Assembly (NCBI GenBank): GCA_025928015.1
Contig: JAICKJ010000001.1
Coordinates: forward strand, 1 to 54,795
Length of the DNA stretch: 54,795 nucleotides
Direction: 5' to 3'
From: Thermomicrobiales bacterium
Lineage (GTDB): Bacteria; Chloroflexota; Chloroflexia; Thermomicrobiales; UBA6265
Shown: positions 27,897 to 36,563 of the stretch, piece by piece
Numbering within the stretch: position 1 is the stretch's first letter
Layout of the letters: each line of letters opens with the position of its first letter
Position numbers and translations under genes: made by a program
Notes under the pieces: model-generated
Told to the model about the DNA's origin: nothing
Seen by the model: the letters and a program-made list of their open reading frames with translations, nothing else
Database searches by the model: none

Positions 27897-28742
27897 ATGA
27901 CGATGCCCGAGACGGAGTCCAACGCGCCATCGGGCGCCGGCGCGGTAACCAGATGGGCGGCGCTGGAACAGCGCCTGGCGACCGCGCCGGAGGGCGCGCA
28001 GGTTGCGCTCAGCGTTCGCCTCGTCGGGACGGACGAGGGCTTCGCGGTGAACGGCGACCTGCCGTTCCCCTCCGCCAGCACGATCAAGGTCGCGATCCTC
28101 ATCGCCCTCGCCCGCGCCTTCGACCGCGCTCAGCTCCGGCCCGACGACGTCGTGACGCTGGCGCGATCGGACATGGTCGGCGGCAGTGGCGTGCTCAACT
28201 GGCTCAGCGACGGGTTGCGCTTGCCGTTGCGCGACCTGGCCTGGCTGATGATCGCCATCTCCGACAACACCGCCTCCAACATCCTGATCGACCAGGTCGG
28301 TCGCGAGGCGATCGCCGAAGTGCTCGCCGACACCGGGGCGTGCAATTCACAGCTCGGCCGCCATTTCATGGCGCCCAAGGGCGACCAGCCGGGCGCGAAG
28401 AACGAGATCACTGCCAACGATTTCCTCGCGCTGCTGCTCGCCATCGTCGAGGATCGCGCCGCCTCGCCGCGCCAGTGCGAGTGGATGCGCTCCCTCCTCG
28501 CCGACCAGCAGGTGCTCGACCGGCTCGCCCGCGCGCTGCCGGACGGCGTCAGCTTCGCCGGCAAATCGGGCTGGTACGATGATATCTGCCACGATGGCGG
28601 GCTGCTCACTGGCCCGAAGGGAACGGTCGGCATCGTCGTCCTGACCCGCGGCTTCGCCTCCATGCTCGACGCCAAAGCCTTCATCGGCGATCTCGGCCGC
28701 GCCGCCGCCGGATTGGTGAGCGGAACCCATTCGCGAGCGTGA
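27897..28742 (+). CDS. Class A beta-lactamase-related serine hydrolase, no recognisable signal peptide
   Basis: 281 aa. Motifs are 'STIK' (SxxK), 'SDN' and 'KSG'. The N-terminus is polar (MTMPETESNAPSG...). The third-codon ATG may be the true start. Confidence 0.75.
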   Translation: MTMPETESNAPSGAGAVTRWAALEQRLATAPEGAQVALSVRLVGTDEGFAVNGDLPFPSASTIKVAILIALARAFDRAQLRPDDVVTLARSDMVGGSGVLNWLSDGLRLPLRDLAWLMIAISDNTASNILIDQVGREAIAEVLADTGACNSQLGRHFMAPKGDQPGAKNEITANDFLALLLAIVEDRAASPRQCEWMRSLLADQQVLDRLARALPDGVSFAGKSGWYDDICHDGGLLTGPKGTVGIVVLTRGFASMLDAKAFIGDLGRAAAGLVSGTHSRA

Positions 28743-28860
28743 GGACAATCTCTCCGCCACTCGGCTCGACAGTTGGATGCGCAGGATCGAAGAAGCGCCG
28801 CTCGTGTCGCGGCTGCTACGCTGAATCCAGCTCGGTGGGTGACACACAGGAGGATTCATC

Positions 28861-29421
28861 GTGGCAAGCCTGATCTACTCGGTGATCGCATCGCTCGACG
28901 GGTACATCGCCGACGAACACGGCAACTTCGACTGGGCCGCGCCGGACGAGGAGGTGCATGCCTTCGTCAATGAGCTTGAGCGGCCAATTGGCACCTACCT
29001 CTACGGCCGCCGGATGTACGATGTGATGGCCGCCTGGGAAACGATGGACACCCTGCCCGACCAGTCGCCGATCGTCCTCGACTTCGCGCGGATCTGGCAA
29101 GCGGCCGACAAAGTGGTCTACTCCAGCACAATGGAGACGGTGTCCACCCCCAGGACACGGATCGAGCGCACCTTCGATCCAGACGCCGTGCGGCACCTGA
29201 AGGCGCGCGCGGATCGTGACATCTCCGTGGGCGGCTCCGGGCTCGCTGCCAGCGCGATTGCGGCCGGGTTGGTCGACGAATGCCAGATCTTCCTCGCGCC
29301 CGTCGCCGTGGGCGGCGGCACGCGGGCGCTGCCCGCTCATGTCTACTGGCCACTCGAATTGCTGGAGGAACGCCGCTTCGGCAGCGGGATGGTCTATCTG
29401 CGCTACCGCGCAAGGACGTAA
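28861..29421 (+). CDS. Dihydrofolate reductase-family protein (RibD C-terminal domain type)
   Basis: 186 aa. The start is a GTG preceded by AGGAGG. 'YSVIASLDGYIADEHGNFDW' and 'YLYGRRMYDVM' are typical of the family. Confidence 0.8.
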   Translation: MASLIYSVIASLDGYIADEHGNFDWAAPDEEVHAFVNELERPIGTYLYGRRMYDVMAAWETMDTLPDQSPIVLDFARIWQAADKVVYSSTMETVSTPRTRIERTFDPDAVRHLKARADRDISVGGSGLAASAIAAGLVDECQIFLAPVAVGGGTRALPAHVYWPLELLEERRFGSGMVYLRYRART

Positions 29422-29444
29422 GCAGGCGGCACGCCGCGTGTCTC

Positions 29445-30467
29445 CTACGGCACAGACACCACCAGCTCCGACAAATCCTTCACGCCCGGTGGCAATGGCG
29501 CCGGCGCATCATTCGCCGGCCGCTCGGCCGGGCGCGTGGGCGTGGGAGACGGCGGTGCGCTCCAGGGCCGCGGGCGTGGCGGCGCGGCCGTGACGTCGAT
29601 GCCTTGCGAGCGGAGCCCGATGGTGAAGGCGCCGCGGTCCCGCTGGTTGATGCCGGCGGCCGGCTGGTCGAAGACGAACGGCAGCTCCAGGCGGTCGCCG
29701 GCCAGATCTCGGATCGCGATCACGACGACCGGCGTCAGGTCCCGATCCGGCATCGCGGCGGTCAGCGCCGCCTCGATCTCCTCCAGCGCCAGGCGGTTGA
29801 TGCCGTGGCCGGTGGGCGTGCCCCAGTAGAGCGCTTTGGTCGTGAGCCAGGCGCGACAGGGGGCGCGGTCCTGCCCCAGCCAGCCGCCGACCGGGGCCGA
29901 CGCCTCGCCGTTCCAGACGATCGTCTCGCCCGCGTAGGCGCGGGCTTCCTCCCAGGTGAGCGCCAGCCGGAGCCGCTGCTCGGGATCGACCGGGGCGAGT
30001 CCCGGCACGCCGTGCCTGGCGAGCGCATTGATGAACTGCTCGATCTGGCGTTCGCGCCGCAGGGTCCGCGTCCGGCGGTGATGGATGCAGAGGATCATTG
30101 TCCGCTCCGTGCCGTCGAGGTAGTAGCGCAGGCGGACCGCCGGCTCGCCGGCGACGTGCGAGGGCACGAGCGACATCCCGCGCAGCGATGCCAGGGGCAG
30201 GGCGAAGCCGTCGCTGGCACCGTCGTTGGCGATGAGGTAGCGGTCGGAGATGCTGAGCCGCACCTTGCCGGAGCGGCCAGCCAGGTGCGCCGCGCCGGGG
30301 AAACCGCCGAAGAGCTCCGCCGTGAAGTGCGCCTGCTCCTGCCCGCGCAGCAGCGCCCATCGCATCGCCGCGGCCGCGTCGACGGTCAGCGCCGGCCGGT
30401 TGCCCTCGGGCACCAGCCACCACCGGCCCGTCGCGCCGTGTGTCTGTCGTGTCACACTCAAAGCCAT
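29445..30467 (-). CDS. Hypothetical protein (340 aa) with a Pro-rich C-terminus
   Basis: This is the frame of track ORF 29445..30785. The ATG at 30467 is preceded by GGAGGG plus 5 nt. Two similar halves are followed by 'PPRPRPWSAPPSPTPTRP'. Confidence 0.5.
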   Translation of the reverse strand: MALSVTRQTHGATGRWWLVPEGNRPALTVDAAAAMRWALLRGQEQAHFTAELFGGFPGAAHLAGRSGKVRLSISDRYLIANDGASDGFALPLASLRGMSLVPSHVAGEPAVRLRYYLDGTERTMILCIHHRRTRTLRRERQIEQFINALARHGVPGLAPVDPEQRLRLALTWEEARAYAGETIVWNGEASAPVGGWLGQDRAPCRAWLTTKALYWGTPTGHGINRLALEEIEAALTAAMPDRDLTPVVVIAIRDLAGDRLELPFVFDQPAAGINQRDRGAFTIGLRSQGIDVTAAPPRPRPWSAPPSPTPTRPAERPANDAPAPLPPGVKDLSELVVSVP

Positions 30468-30711
30468 TGCGTCCCTCCGATCGTGTTCCTCGCGCACGAA
30501 GCGCGCTTGTGCCGATCCGGCACGACGAGCTGCGTTGCTCGTCGTCAGCCAGGCGGAATCAGCCGCCATGGTAGCGCGATTAGAGTGTACGTACAACCCC
30601 TGAGCGCCGCGTTCTGTGTCGAACTGGCAACGATCCCGGTCCAGCGCATTCGATGCTATGCTCCTGGCAGGACAGGAATCCGGGTGATGGAACAGTCGTG
30701 GGAGGGTGAGG

Positions 30712-32061
30712 ATGCACCGGCGGATGCTCGGGTTGGTCGCGCTCATGCTGGTGATCGGGTGCTTCCCACTCTCCCTCGCGCCCATCCGAGCCGCGCCGCC
30801 AACCGGGACGCCAGTCGCCGGTCAGACCGCGACGACGCCGCTCGGACCGCTCGCCACACCGGACGCGCAACCCGGCGTCCGGCTCCGCAAGGTTGTGGGT
30901 GGCCTGATCGACCCGGTCAATGTCCGCAGCCCGCGGGATGGCAGCGGGCGACTTTTCATCGTCGAGAAGATCGGCCGCATCCTCATCTGGAAGGACGGCA
31001 AGATCCTGCCCCAACCCTTCCTCGACATCACCGGCACGGTTACCTCGGCATACATCGAGCAGGGGCTCTTCGACATCGCCTTCCACCCCGATTTCGTCCA
31101 CAACGGGCTCGTCTACGTCTCGCTCACGCATTTCATCGCCAACGGGGCGCTGACGATCTTCGAGTACCACATCGATCCTGCTCATCCGGAAATCGCCGAT
31201 CCCGCCTCCCAGCGCGTGATCCTGGTCACCCCGCGCTCGGTCGTCTTCCACAACGGCGGCACGATCGCCTTCGGCCCCGATGGCTACCTCTACGTCGGTG
31301 TCGGCGACGGGGCGCCGCCCTATGATGTGATCCGGAACCGCTCCGAGGATTTGACGAGCTTCGACGGCAAGATCCTGCGGATCGACGTCAACCGACCGCG
31401 GAACTACCAGGGCGGCTTCGCCTATGGCGTGCCGAAGAACCCCTTCGGCGGCCCGGTCATCCGCAATGTCGCCTACCACGAGCTGCAAGCGGAGGGAAAG
31501 AGTCCCTGGCCGGAGATTTGGGCCTACGGATTGCGCAACCCCTGGCACTTCAGCTTCGACCCGAAGACCGGCGACCTTTGGATTCCGGATGTCGGGCAGG
31601 ACAAGATGGAGGAGCTGAACCTCCAGCCGGCCGGCAGCGCCGGTGGCCAGAACTACGGCTGGCGGACCTGGGAGGGGACGATCTGCCAGAACACGAATGG
31701 CTGCGCCCCGGGGTCCGTCGCGCCGATCGCCACCTTCCCGCATCAGGACGGTCTCTGCTCGATCACCGGGCTCGGCGTCTATCGCGGCACGGCGGCCTCG
31801 GCCTGGGACGGTGACTACTTCTACGGCGATTTTTGCACCGGCAACATCTGGCGGCTCACCCGCGCCGGCCAGGGCTGGACCTCGACCTGGGTCGCCAATG
31901 CCGGACCCGGGCTCTCGGGCAGCGGTTACGGCCCGGACGGCGAGCTCTACATCACCACCTGCACCTGCACCGCCGACAGCCACGCCGCCGACCTCGACGA
32001 TCCAGCGCTGAAGACCGGCACGGTCTGGAAGCTGGAGCCATTGACGGCCGCTGGCGGCTAA
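30712..32061 (+). CDS. PQQ-dependent sugar dehydrogenase (soluble glucose/sorbosone dehydrogenase family)
   Basis: This is the frame of track ORF 30706..32061. It has a signal peptide with a possible lipobox 'LVIGC'. Blocks 'GRLFIVEK.G.I', 'HNGGTIAFGPDGYLYVGVGDG' and 'YGLRNPWHFSFD' are present. Confidence 0.85.
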   Translation: MHRRMLGLVALMLVIGCFPLSLAPIRAAPPTGTPVAGQTATTPLGPLATPDAQPGVRLRKVVGGLIDPVNVRSPRDGSGRLFIVEKIGRILIWKDGKILPQPFLDITGTVTSAYIEQGLFDIAFHPDFVHNGLVYVSLTHFIANGALTIFEYHIDPAHPEIADPASQRVILVTPRSVVFHNGGTIAFGPDGYLYVGVGDGAPPYDVIRNRSEDLTSFDGKILRIDVNRPRNYQGGFAYGVPKNPFGGPVIRNVAYHELQAEGKSPWPEIWAYGLRNPWHFSFDPKTGDLWIPDVGQDKMEELNLQPAGSAGGQNYGWRTWEGTICQNTNGCAPGSVAPIATFPHQDGLCSITGLGVYRGTAASAWDGDYFYGDFCTGNIWRLTRAGQGWTSTWVANAGPGLSGSGYGPDGELYITTCTCTADSHAADLDDPALKTGTVWKLEPLTAAGG

Positions 32062-32110
32062 CAGAGCATGCGCCGCAGGAACGATTCGCACCCGAAGGAG
32101 CACGAACGCG

Positions 32111-33289
32111 ATGAAAATCACCCGCGCCACCACCTACATCGTTGGTAACCCCTGGAAGAACTGGCTCTTCGTCCGGCTCGACACCGATCAGGACGGCCTC
32201 TACGGCGTCGGCGAGGGCACGATCAACGGCTTCGCCAGGACGGTCGAGGCGGCGGTGCATGAGCTGGCGCCACGCTACGAAGGCATCGACCCGTTCCAGA
32301 TCGAGACGATCCTGCAGCGCATGACGCGGGACATGTACACCGAGGGTGGCCAAATCCACATGAACGCCGTTGCCGCGATCGAGGTGGCCTGCTGGGACAT
32401 CATCGGCAAGGCGACCGGTCGCCCGATCTATGACCTGATCGGCGGCCGTTACCACGAGAGCCTGCCGACCTATGCGAACGGCTGGTACACGGGACCGCGC
32501 AGCCCCGAGGCGTTCGCGGAGCGGGCCGCGAAGGTCGTCGCCAGAGGCTACAAGGCGATGAAGTTCGACCCCTTCGGCGCGGCCTGGCGGACAATGGACC
32601 TCGAGAATCGCCATCTCTCGATCGCCATCATCCGCGCCGTGCGCGAGGAAGTCGGGCCGGACGTGCACCTCATGATCGAGGGGCACAGCCGGTTCAGCGT
32701 CGGCGAGGCGGTCTGGATAGGCGAGCGGATCGCCGAGTTCGAGCCGACCTGGTTCGAGGAGCCGACCGCGCATCAGATGGTCGCCAGCACCGCCGAGGTG
32801 GCGCGCAAGATCGCCGTGCCGGTCGCCACCGGCGAGAGCTATTCGAGCATCCACCAGCACGCCGAGATGCTGGCGACGAACGCCGTCCACATCCTCCAGC
32901 CGGAGCCGGGCGCGATGGGCGGCATCTGGCGCACCCGCCAGGTGGCGACGATGGCCGACGCTCACTACGCGGTCATCGCCCCGCACAACGCGCAGGGGCC
33001 GATCTCGACCGCGACCTGCGTCCAGATCGGTGCGGCCAGCCCGAACCTGCTCACGCAGGAGCTCTTCGACGAATTCAACGTCGATTGGGAGCGCGAGCTG
33101 GTCCAGCCGCATGCGGAGGTCATCGATGGCCGCCTCCAAATCCCGGACAAGCCCGGCCTCGGCGTCGAGCTGAACTGGCAAGAGATCGAGAAGCACCCCT
33201 ACCAGGTCTCGAATTTTCTCCCCCTCTTCTCCCCCGGCTGGGAGCGCCGCGAGGGCAACACCGCCGCGAAGGCGAACGCGAAGGCATAG
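32111..33289 (+). CDS. Enolase-superfamily enzyme (mandelate racemase / galactonate dehydratase-like)
   Basis: 392 aa. The N-terminus 'MKITRATTYIVGNPWKNWLFVRLDTDQDGLYGVGEGT', the block 'KFDPFG' and the 'EEP' metal-ligand region are present. Confidence 0.85.
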   Translation: MKITRATTYIVGNPWKNWLFVRLDTDQDGLYGVGEGTINGFARTVEAAVHELAPRYEGIDPFQIETILQRMTRDMYTEGGQIHMNAVAAIEVACWDIIGKATGRPIYDLIGGRYHESLPTYANGWYTGPRSPEAFAERAAKVVARGYKAMKFDPFGAAWRTMDLENRHLSIAIIRAVREEVGPDVHLMIEGHSRFSVGEAVWIGERIAEFEPTWFEEPTAHQMVASTAEVARKIAVPVATGESYSSIHQHAEMLATNAVHILQPEPGAMGGIWRTRQVATMADAHYAVIAPHNAQGPISTATCVQIGAASPNLLTQELFDEFNVDWERELVQPHAEVIDGRLQIPDKPGLGVELNWQEIEKHPYQVSNFLPLFSPGWERREGNTAAKANAKA

Positions 33290-33333
33290 CGCTGCGGGGA
33301 CCATGGCGCGGTAATTCTCGGTACGTTCTTGCG

Positions 33334-33353
33334 CTCTCCCTATACTGGGAGAG
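33334..33353. promoter_or_regulatory. Inverted repeat CTCTCCC-TATACT-GGGAGAG; candidate operator around a -10-like hexamer upstream of the TA pair
   Basis: Read directly from the sequence. The 7-bp arms flank TATACT. It lies 97 nt upstream of the ATG at 33450. Confidence 0.3.
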
Positions 33354-33449
33354 TGACGAAGGAAGTTTCGCCCCGAGGCGCGACGCCGAGGAGGCGCTCG
33401 ACAGCGTCGTGCGCGATTGCTTCGACCTCGAATTACTTGGGAGGAAGGC

Positions 33450-33677
33450 ATGGCCGTTCCCCATCGATCCGAAGAGATTCCTCCGAACCTCGCTCGCTTC
33501 CTTGAACGGGCCAAGCGTGAGACCGAGGAAGCACGCCGTCAAATAGACGGAGATCCACAGGAAGCTCTCTTCGAGATTATCCGCAAGAATTACGACTACG
33601 AGTCCTTCGAGCAGTACTTCAAAGAGCTGGAGGAGGGGGGGCCCGGTTGGCTCGACAACGATTGTGCCGATGAGTGA
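33450..33677 (+). CDS. Putative antitoxin (75 aa, acidic) upstream of a PIN gene
   Basis: This is the frame of track ORF 33417..33677. The ATG at 33450 is preceded by GGGAGGAAGG. The stop overlaps the PIN gene start. I recognise no family. Confidence 0.45.
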   Translation: MAVPHRSEEIPPNLARFLERAKRETEEARRQIDGDPQEALFEIIRKNYDYESFEQYFKELEEGGPGWLDNDCADE

Positions 33678-34263
33678 GCTGGCAAGCAGACGCTTGCCAG
33701 AAGCCACTCTTCCCGATCGCATCGTGCTCGACGCGAACGTGATGATCGAATGCGTTGTCGGTGCCTTTCAGCCGTCGAGATCGAAGCAGGGCGACCAGGC
33801 GCTGGATTTGGTGCGAGCACTCGATGAAAGAGGGATAACCGCGATCGCTCCGCCGACGGCGTACAGCGAATTCATTCACACGATGATTCGGTTCCGGTAC
33901 GAACGTGAGCTGAGGGAGAGACGCGACGAAATCTCCACGCGTTATGGCACGCGGATCTCAAGTTGGACATCGCTCTACAAGCGAGATCGCTCGATCCTGC
34001 GCCATCACGTTCTGGAACTTGAACGAATGAGGGCCGCTCTTTCTGCCAATCGCATCAATGTGGTTTCACCGAACGAGCTCGCTCCCTTGGCAGTAGACCA
34101 GTAGTTCGACCAGGAACTCATCCGCATGATCGGGCGCTACGGCCTCGACACGAGCGACTGCCTCATCCTGATGGAGGCGGCGCGGCTCGGCGTACGGTCC
34201 GTCGTGACGATGGACCGCGACCTGCTCCGCGCCCAATCCGACTTCGATATCTACACCTGGTGA
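33664..34263 (+). pseudogene. PIN-domain (VapC-like) toxin gene interrupted by an in-frame TAG at 34102-34104
   Basis: The track ORF ends at 34104. The same frame continues for 52 more codons (FDQELIRMIGRYGLDTSDCLILMEAARLGVRSVVTMDRDLLRAQSDFDIYTW*) to a TGA at 34261-34263. These codons carry the last two conserved PIN acidic residues. The N-terminus has 'IVLDANVMIE'. Confidence 0.6.
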
Positions 34264-34440
34264 CGCCTACCGTCCCCACGGACCCGATCATCTCGTTCAC
34301 CGGCTGATCTGCGGTCCCTCCTCGTTCATCCGACTTCGATTGCGCTCCGTAAGAGCGGTGGATATGAGCGGTCCCGGGTCGCTCAGCCACTGGACGAACG
34401 GATTGCGTACCGACCTCGCGGACCACTCGGAGTCAAATTC

Positions 34441-35574
34441 ATGGAATCGAACACGAAGCCCTTTACCACCAGTCGCCGTGGCCTCCTGCGCGCGGGCGCC
34501 GCCCTCGGCGCGAGCGCGTTCGGCACCGGATTGCTGGGTGCCGGGCTCTCCTCCACCGCCGGCGCCCAGGGCATGTACAGCAACGCGGGCGCCCAAAGCA
34601 TCTCCACCAGGGCCGAAGCGCTCACCAAGCGCGACGCGGCCATCCTCCGCTTCCTCGCCGCCGCCGAGATCATCGAGACCGACCTCTGGCAGCAGTACAA
34701 CGAGCTCGCCGGCATCCAGGACGCCGATGTGCCCGGCGGCAGCGGCAACGCCGCCTACGGCAAGAAGATCGCCACGCTCGATTCGGACATGGCGCAGTAC
34801 ATCCACGACAACACCGAAGACGAGATGAGCCACTTCACCTTCCTCAACGCCTATCTGAAGGCGAAGGGCGCGGACCCGGTGAACCTGGACAAATACCGCA
34901 CGCTGAAGGGCAGCCAGGCGACTGGCGCTCAGAAGGACCTGCCGCGGCTCACCAATCTCATGCAGCTCAGCGTCGACACGAGCTGGTGGACACGGTACCG
35001 CAGTCGCACGGCGAACCCCGACCTCGGCGGCGCCTTCCCGCAGGCGATCCCGGCCCTGGTCAAGGGGCAGTTCCCGGCGATCCCTCGCAACGACGACGAT
35101 CTCAAGCCGGACAAGCACCTCCAGGCGATCGCCAACACGGCCGGCTTCCACTTCGCCTTCATTGAGCAAGGCGGCACCAGCCTCTACCCGTCGCTTGCCC
35201 AAGCCGTCAAGAGTCCGGAGGTGCTGCGCATCCTGCTCAGCATCGGGCCGACCGAGACGATGCACTTCCAGACCTGGCAGGACAAGGCGGGCAACTACAC
35301 GCCGTTGACCGATCCGACGAACGGCCTGGTCTTCCCAGACCTGAACTCGAAGCCGCTCGGCGGCGAGGATTTCCAGACCAATCTGATCATGCCGGAGCCG
35401 ACCGCCTTCCTGAGCCGTAAGTTCCCGGTAGTCTCGATCATCCGCGGCACCGAAGCGAAGGACGCGGCCATGGGCGCGCTCAAGGCGCTCGAGGACGACG
35501 GCCTCTTCGTCGGGCAGTCGCGCGAGTTCCTCACGGTGTTCCGCGACCTGGCCCGCGCGGCCGACGCGGCCTGA
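34441..35574 (+). CDS. Tat-exported ferritin-like domain protein
   Basis: 377 aa. It has the twin-arginine signal 'TSRRGLLRAGAALGASA' and four-helix-bundle-type E/H-rich motifs ('ETDLWQQYNEL', 'TEDEMSHFTFLNAYL', 'PTETMHFQTWQD'). Confidence 0.7.
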   Translation: MESNTKPFTTSRRGLLRAGAALGASAFGTGLLGAGLSSTAGAQGMYSNAGAQSISTRAEALTKRDAAILRFLAAAEIIETDLWQQYNELAGIQDADVPGGSGNAAYGKKIATLDSDMAQYIHDNTEDEMSHFTFLNAYLKAKGADPVNLDKYRTLKGSQATGAQKDLPRLTNLMQLSVDTSWWTRYRSRTANPDLGGAFPQAIPALVKGQFPAIPRNDDDLKPDKHLQAIANTAGFHFAFIEQGGTSLYPSLAQAVKSPEVLRILLSIGPTETMHFQTWQDKAGNYTPLTDPTNGLVFPDLNSKPLGGEDFQTNLIMPEPTAFLSRKFPVVSIIRGTEAKDAAMGALKALEDDGLFVGQSREFLTVFRDLARAADAA

Positions 35575-35600
35575 GCGCTCCGGGCAACGGAATGACCATA

Positions 35601-35642
35601 GGCAAGATGGCCACGAGGGCATCTCCCTCGTGGCCATCTTGC
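35601..35642. terminator. Long perfect hairpin (about 18-bp stem, 5-nt loop) between convergent genes
   Basis: The sequence is AAGATGGCCACGAGGG-CATCT-CCCTCGTGGCCATCTT, plus two flanking G:C pairs. It lies 30 nt after the ferritin-like gene stop. There is no clear U-tract. Confidence 0.55.
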
Positions 35643-35649
35643 GCTTCGC

Positions 35650-36324
35650 CTCCTCGTTCCGCTCATCCCCGCTCCTGAAGGCAGCGCTCCGCAACTTCGC
35701 GGCGCAGGACGCCGAGCGGCACGCCGTCGGTCCCTCCTCCATCACTTCCTCGGCCCGCCGGCTGGCGTCACCCTGCAGCGCGTCGCCGCGGACGCGACCG
35801 AGCACGACCTCCTTCTCGCTCACGACGATGCAGCCGTCCCGGTCCGTGCCCTTCACTCGCCGGCGAACGTCGCTGAGCGCGTCAGTGAGACGTCAGGCCG
35901 GCACGTCATGACGGGCGACGCTGCCGGCGGTTGGATCGTCGGCGTGGTCGCCCTCGGTCTGCAGGCCGAAGGCCATCCAGTTCGATTTCGCGCCGGCGTA
36001 GGCGCAGACCGTCGGAAAACCGAGCGATTCGAGACGCGACACGGCCCGACGGCTCATGTCTCATTGGAAGTCGTGGCAATAGACGATGCGTCGGTGGCCC
36101 TGGCCGATCAGGTAGCTCGTGGCGTCGCTCGTGCCCGTAGTGTTTTCCGAGACGACTCAGTCCATCTGCTCGTGGTCGACGTCGACGAGGAGCAACGGCG
36201 GCCGGTTTCCGGCGGTCAGGCGAGCGATCTCCTCAACCGTCTCCGGGCGGAAGGTGCCGACGAAATGCGAGCCCGGCACGGTTCAGACGATCTCGCGGTC
36301 GAGGTTGGCGGCGTCACGAGTCAA
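35650..36324 (-). pseudogene. Rhodanese-domain plus CBS-domain gene carrying four in-frame TGA codons; 3' end degraded or uncertain
   Basis: My own minus-strand translation from the TTG at 36324 (AGGAG upstream) gives MTRDAANLDREIV*TVPGSHFVGTFRPETVEEIARLTAGNRPPLLLVDVDHEQMD*VVSENTTGTSDATSYLIGQGHRRIVYCHDFQ*DMSRRAVSRLESLGFPTVCAYAGAKSNWMAFGLQTEGDHADDPTAGSVARHDVPA*RLTDALSDVRRRVKGTDRDGCIVVSEKEVVLGRVRGDALQGDASRRAEEVMEEGPT. The TGA codons are at 36285, 36159, 36063 and 35895. Confidence 0.6.
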
Positions 36325-36365
36325 GTTAATTGAGCTCTCCTCTAAGATCTTTCAGCGAGTAATGA

Positions 36366-36393
36366 TTGACAGACAGCCGCTGGGGTGTATGAT
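36366..36393 (+). promoter_or_regulatory. Near-consensus sigma-70-type promoter TTGACA-N16-TATGAT
   Basis: TTGACA lies at 36366-36371 and TATGAT at 36388-36393. The site is in an AT-rich spacer about 170 nt upstream of the ATG at 36564. Confidence 0.4.
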
Positions 36394-36563
36394 CAAACTG
36401 TTTTCCGGGGATTCAATGCAACTCAAATCACGGACGTACTATGGGGCCGGTTCGCGCGATTACGAACTCTGCGGCGTCCATAAAATCCTGCTTAACCCAT
36501 CGAAACTTCAGCGCAGGTTCGTTTAGCCTCGATCCATTCCGATCTTTCGGCCCGGAGGTTCCC

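Noticed and set aside
35893-36285. Genome-wide reassignment of TGA (code 4 or 25) as the explanation for the four in-frame TGAs.
   Set aside because: Many well-supported genes in this window terminate at TGA at the expected protein ends, for example kdpF, the orphan receiver, the KdpD kinase half and the beta-lactamase-like gene. TGA is therefore a functional stop here. Only local recoding or pseudogenisation remain possible.
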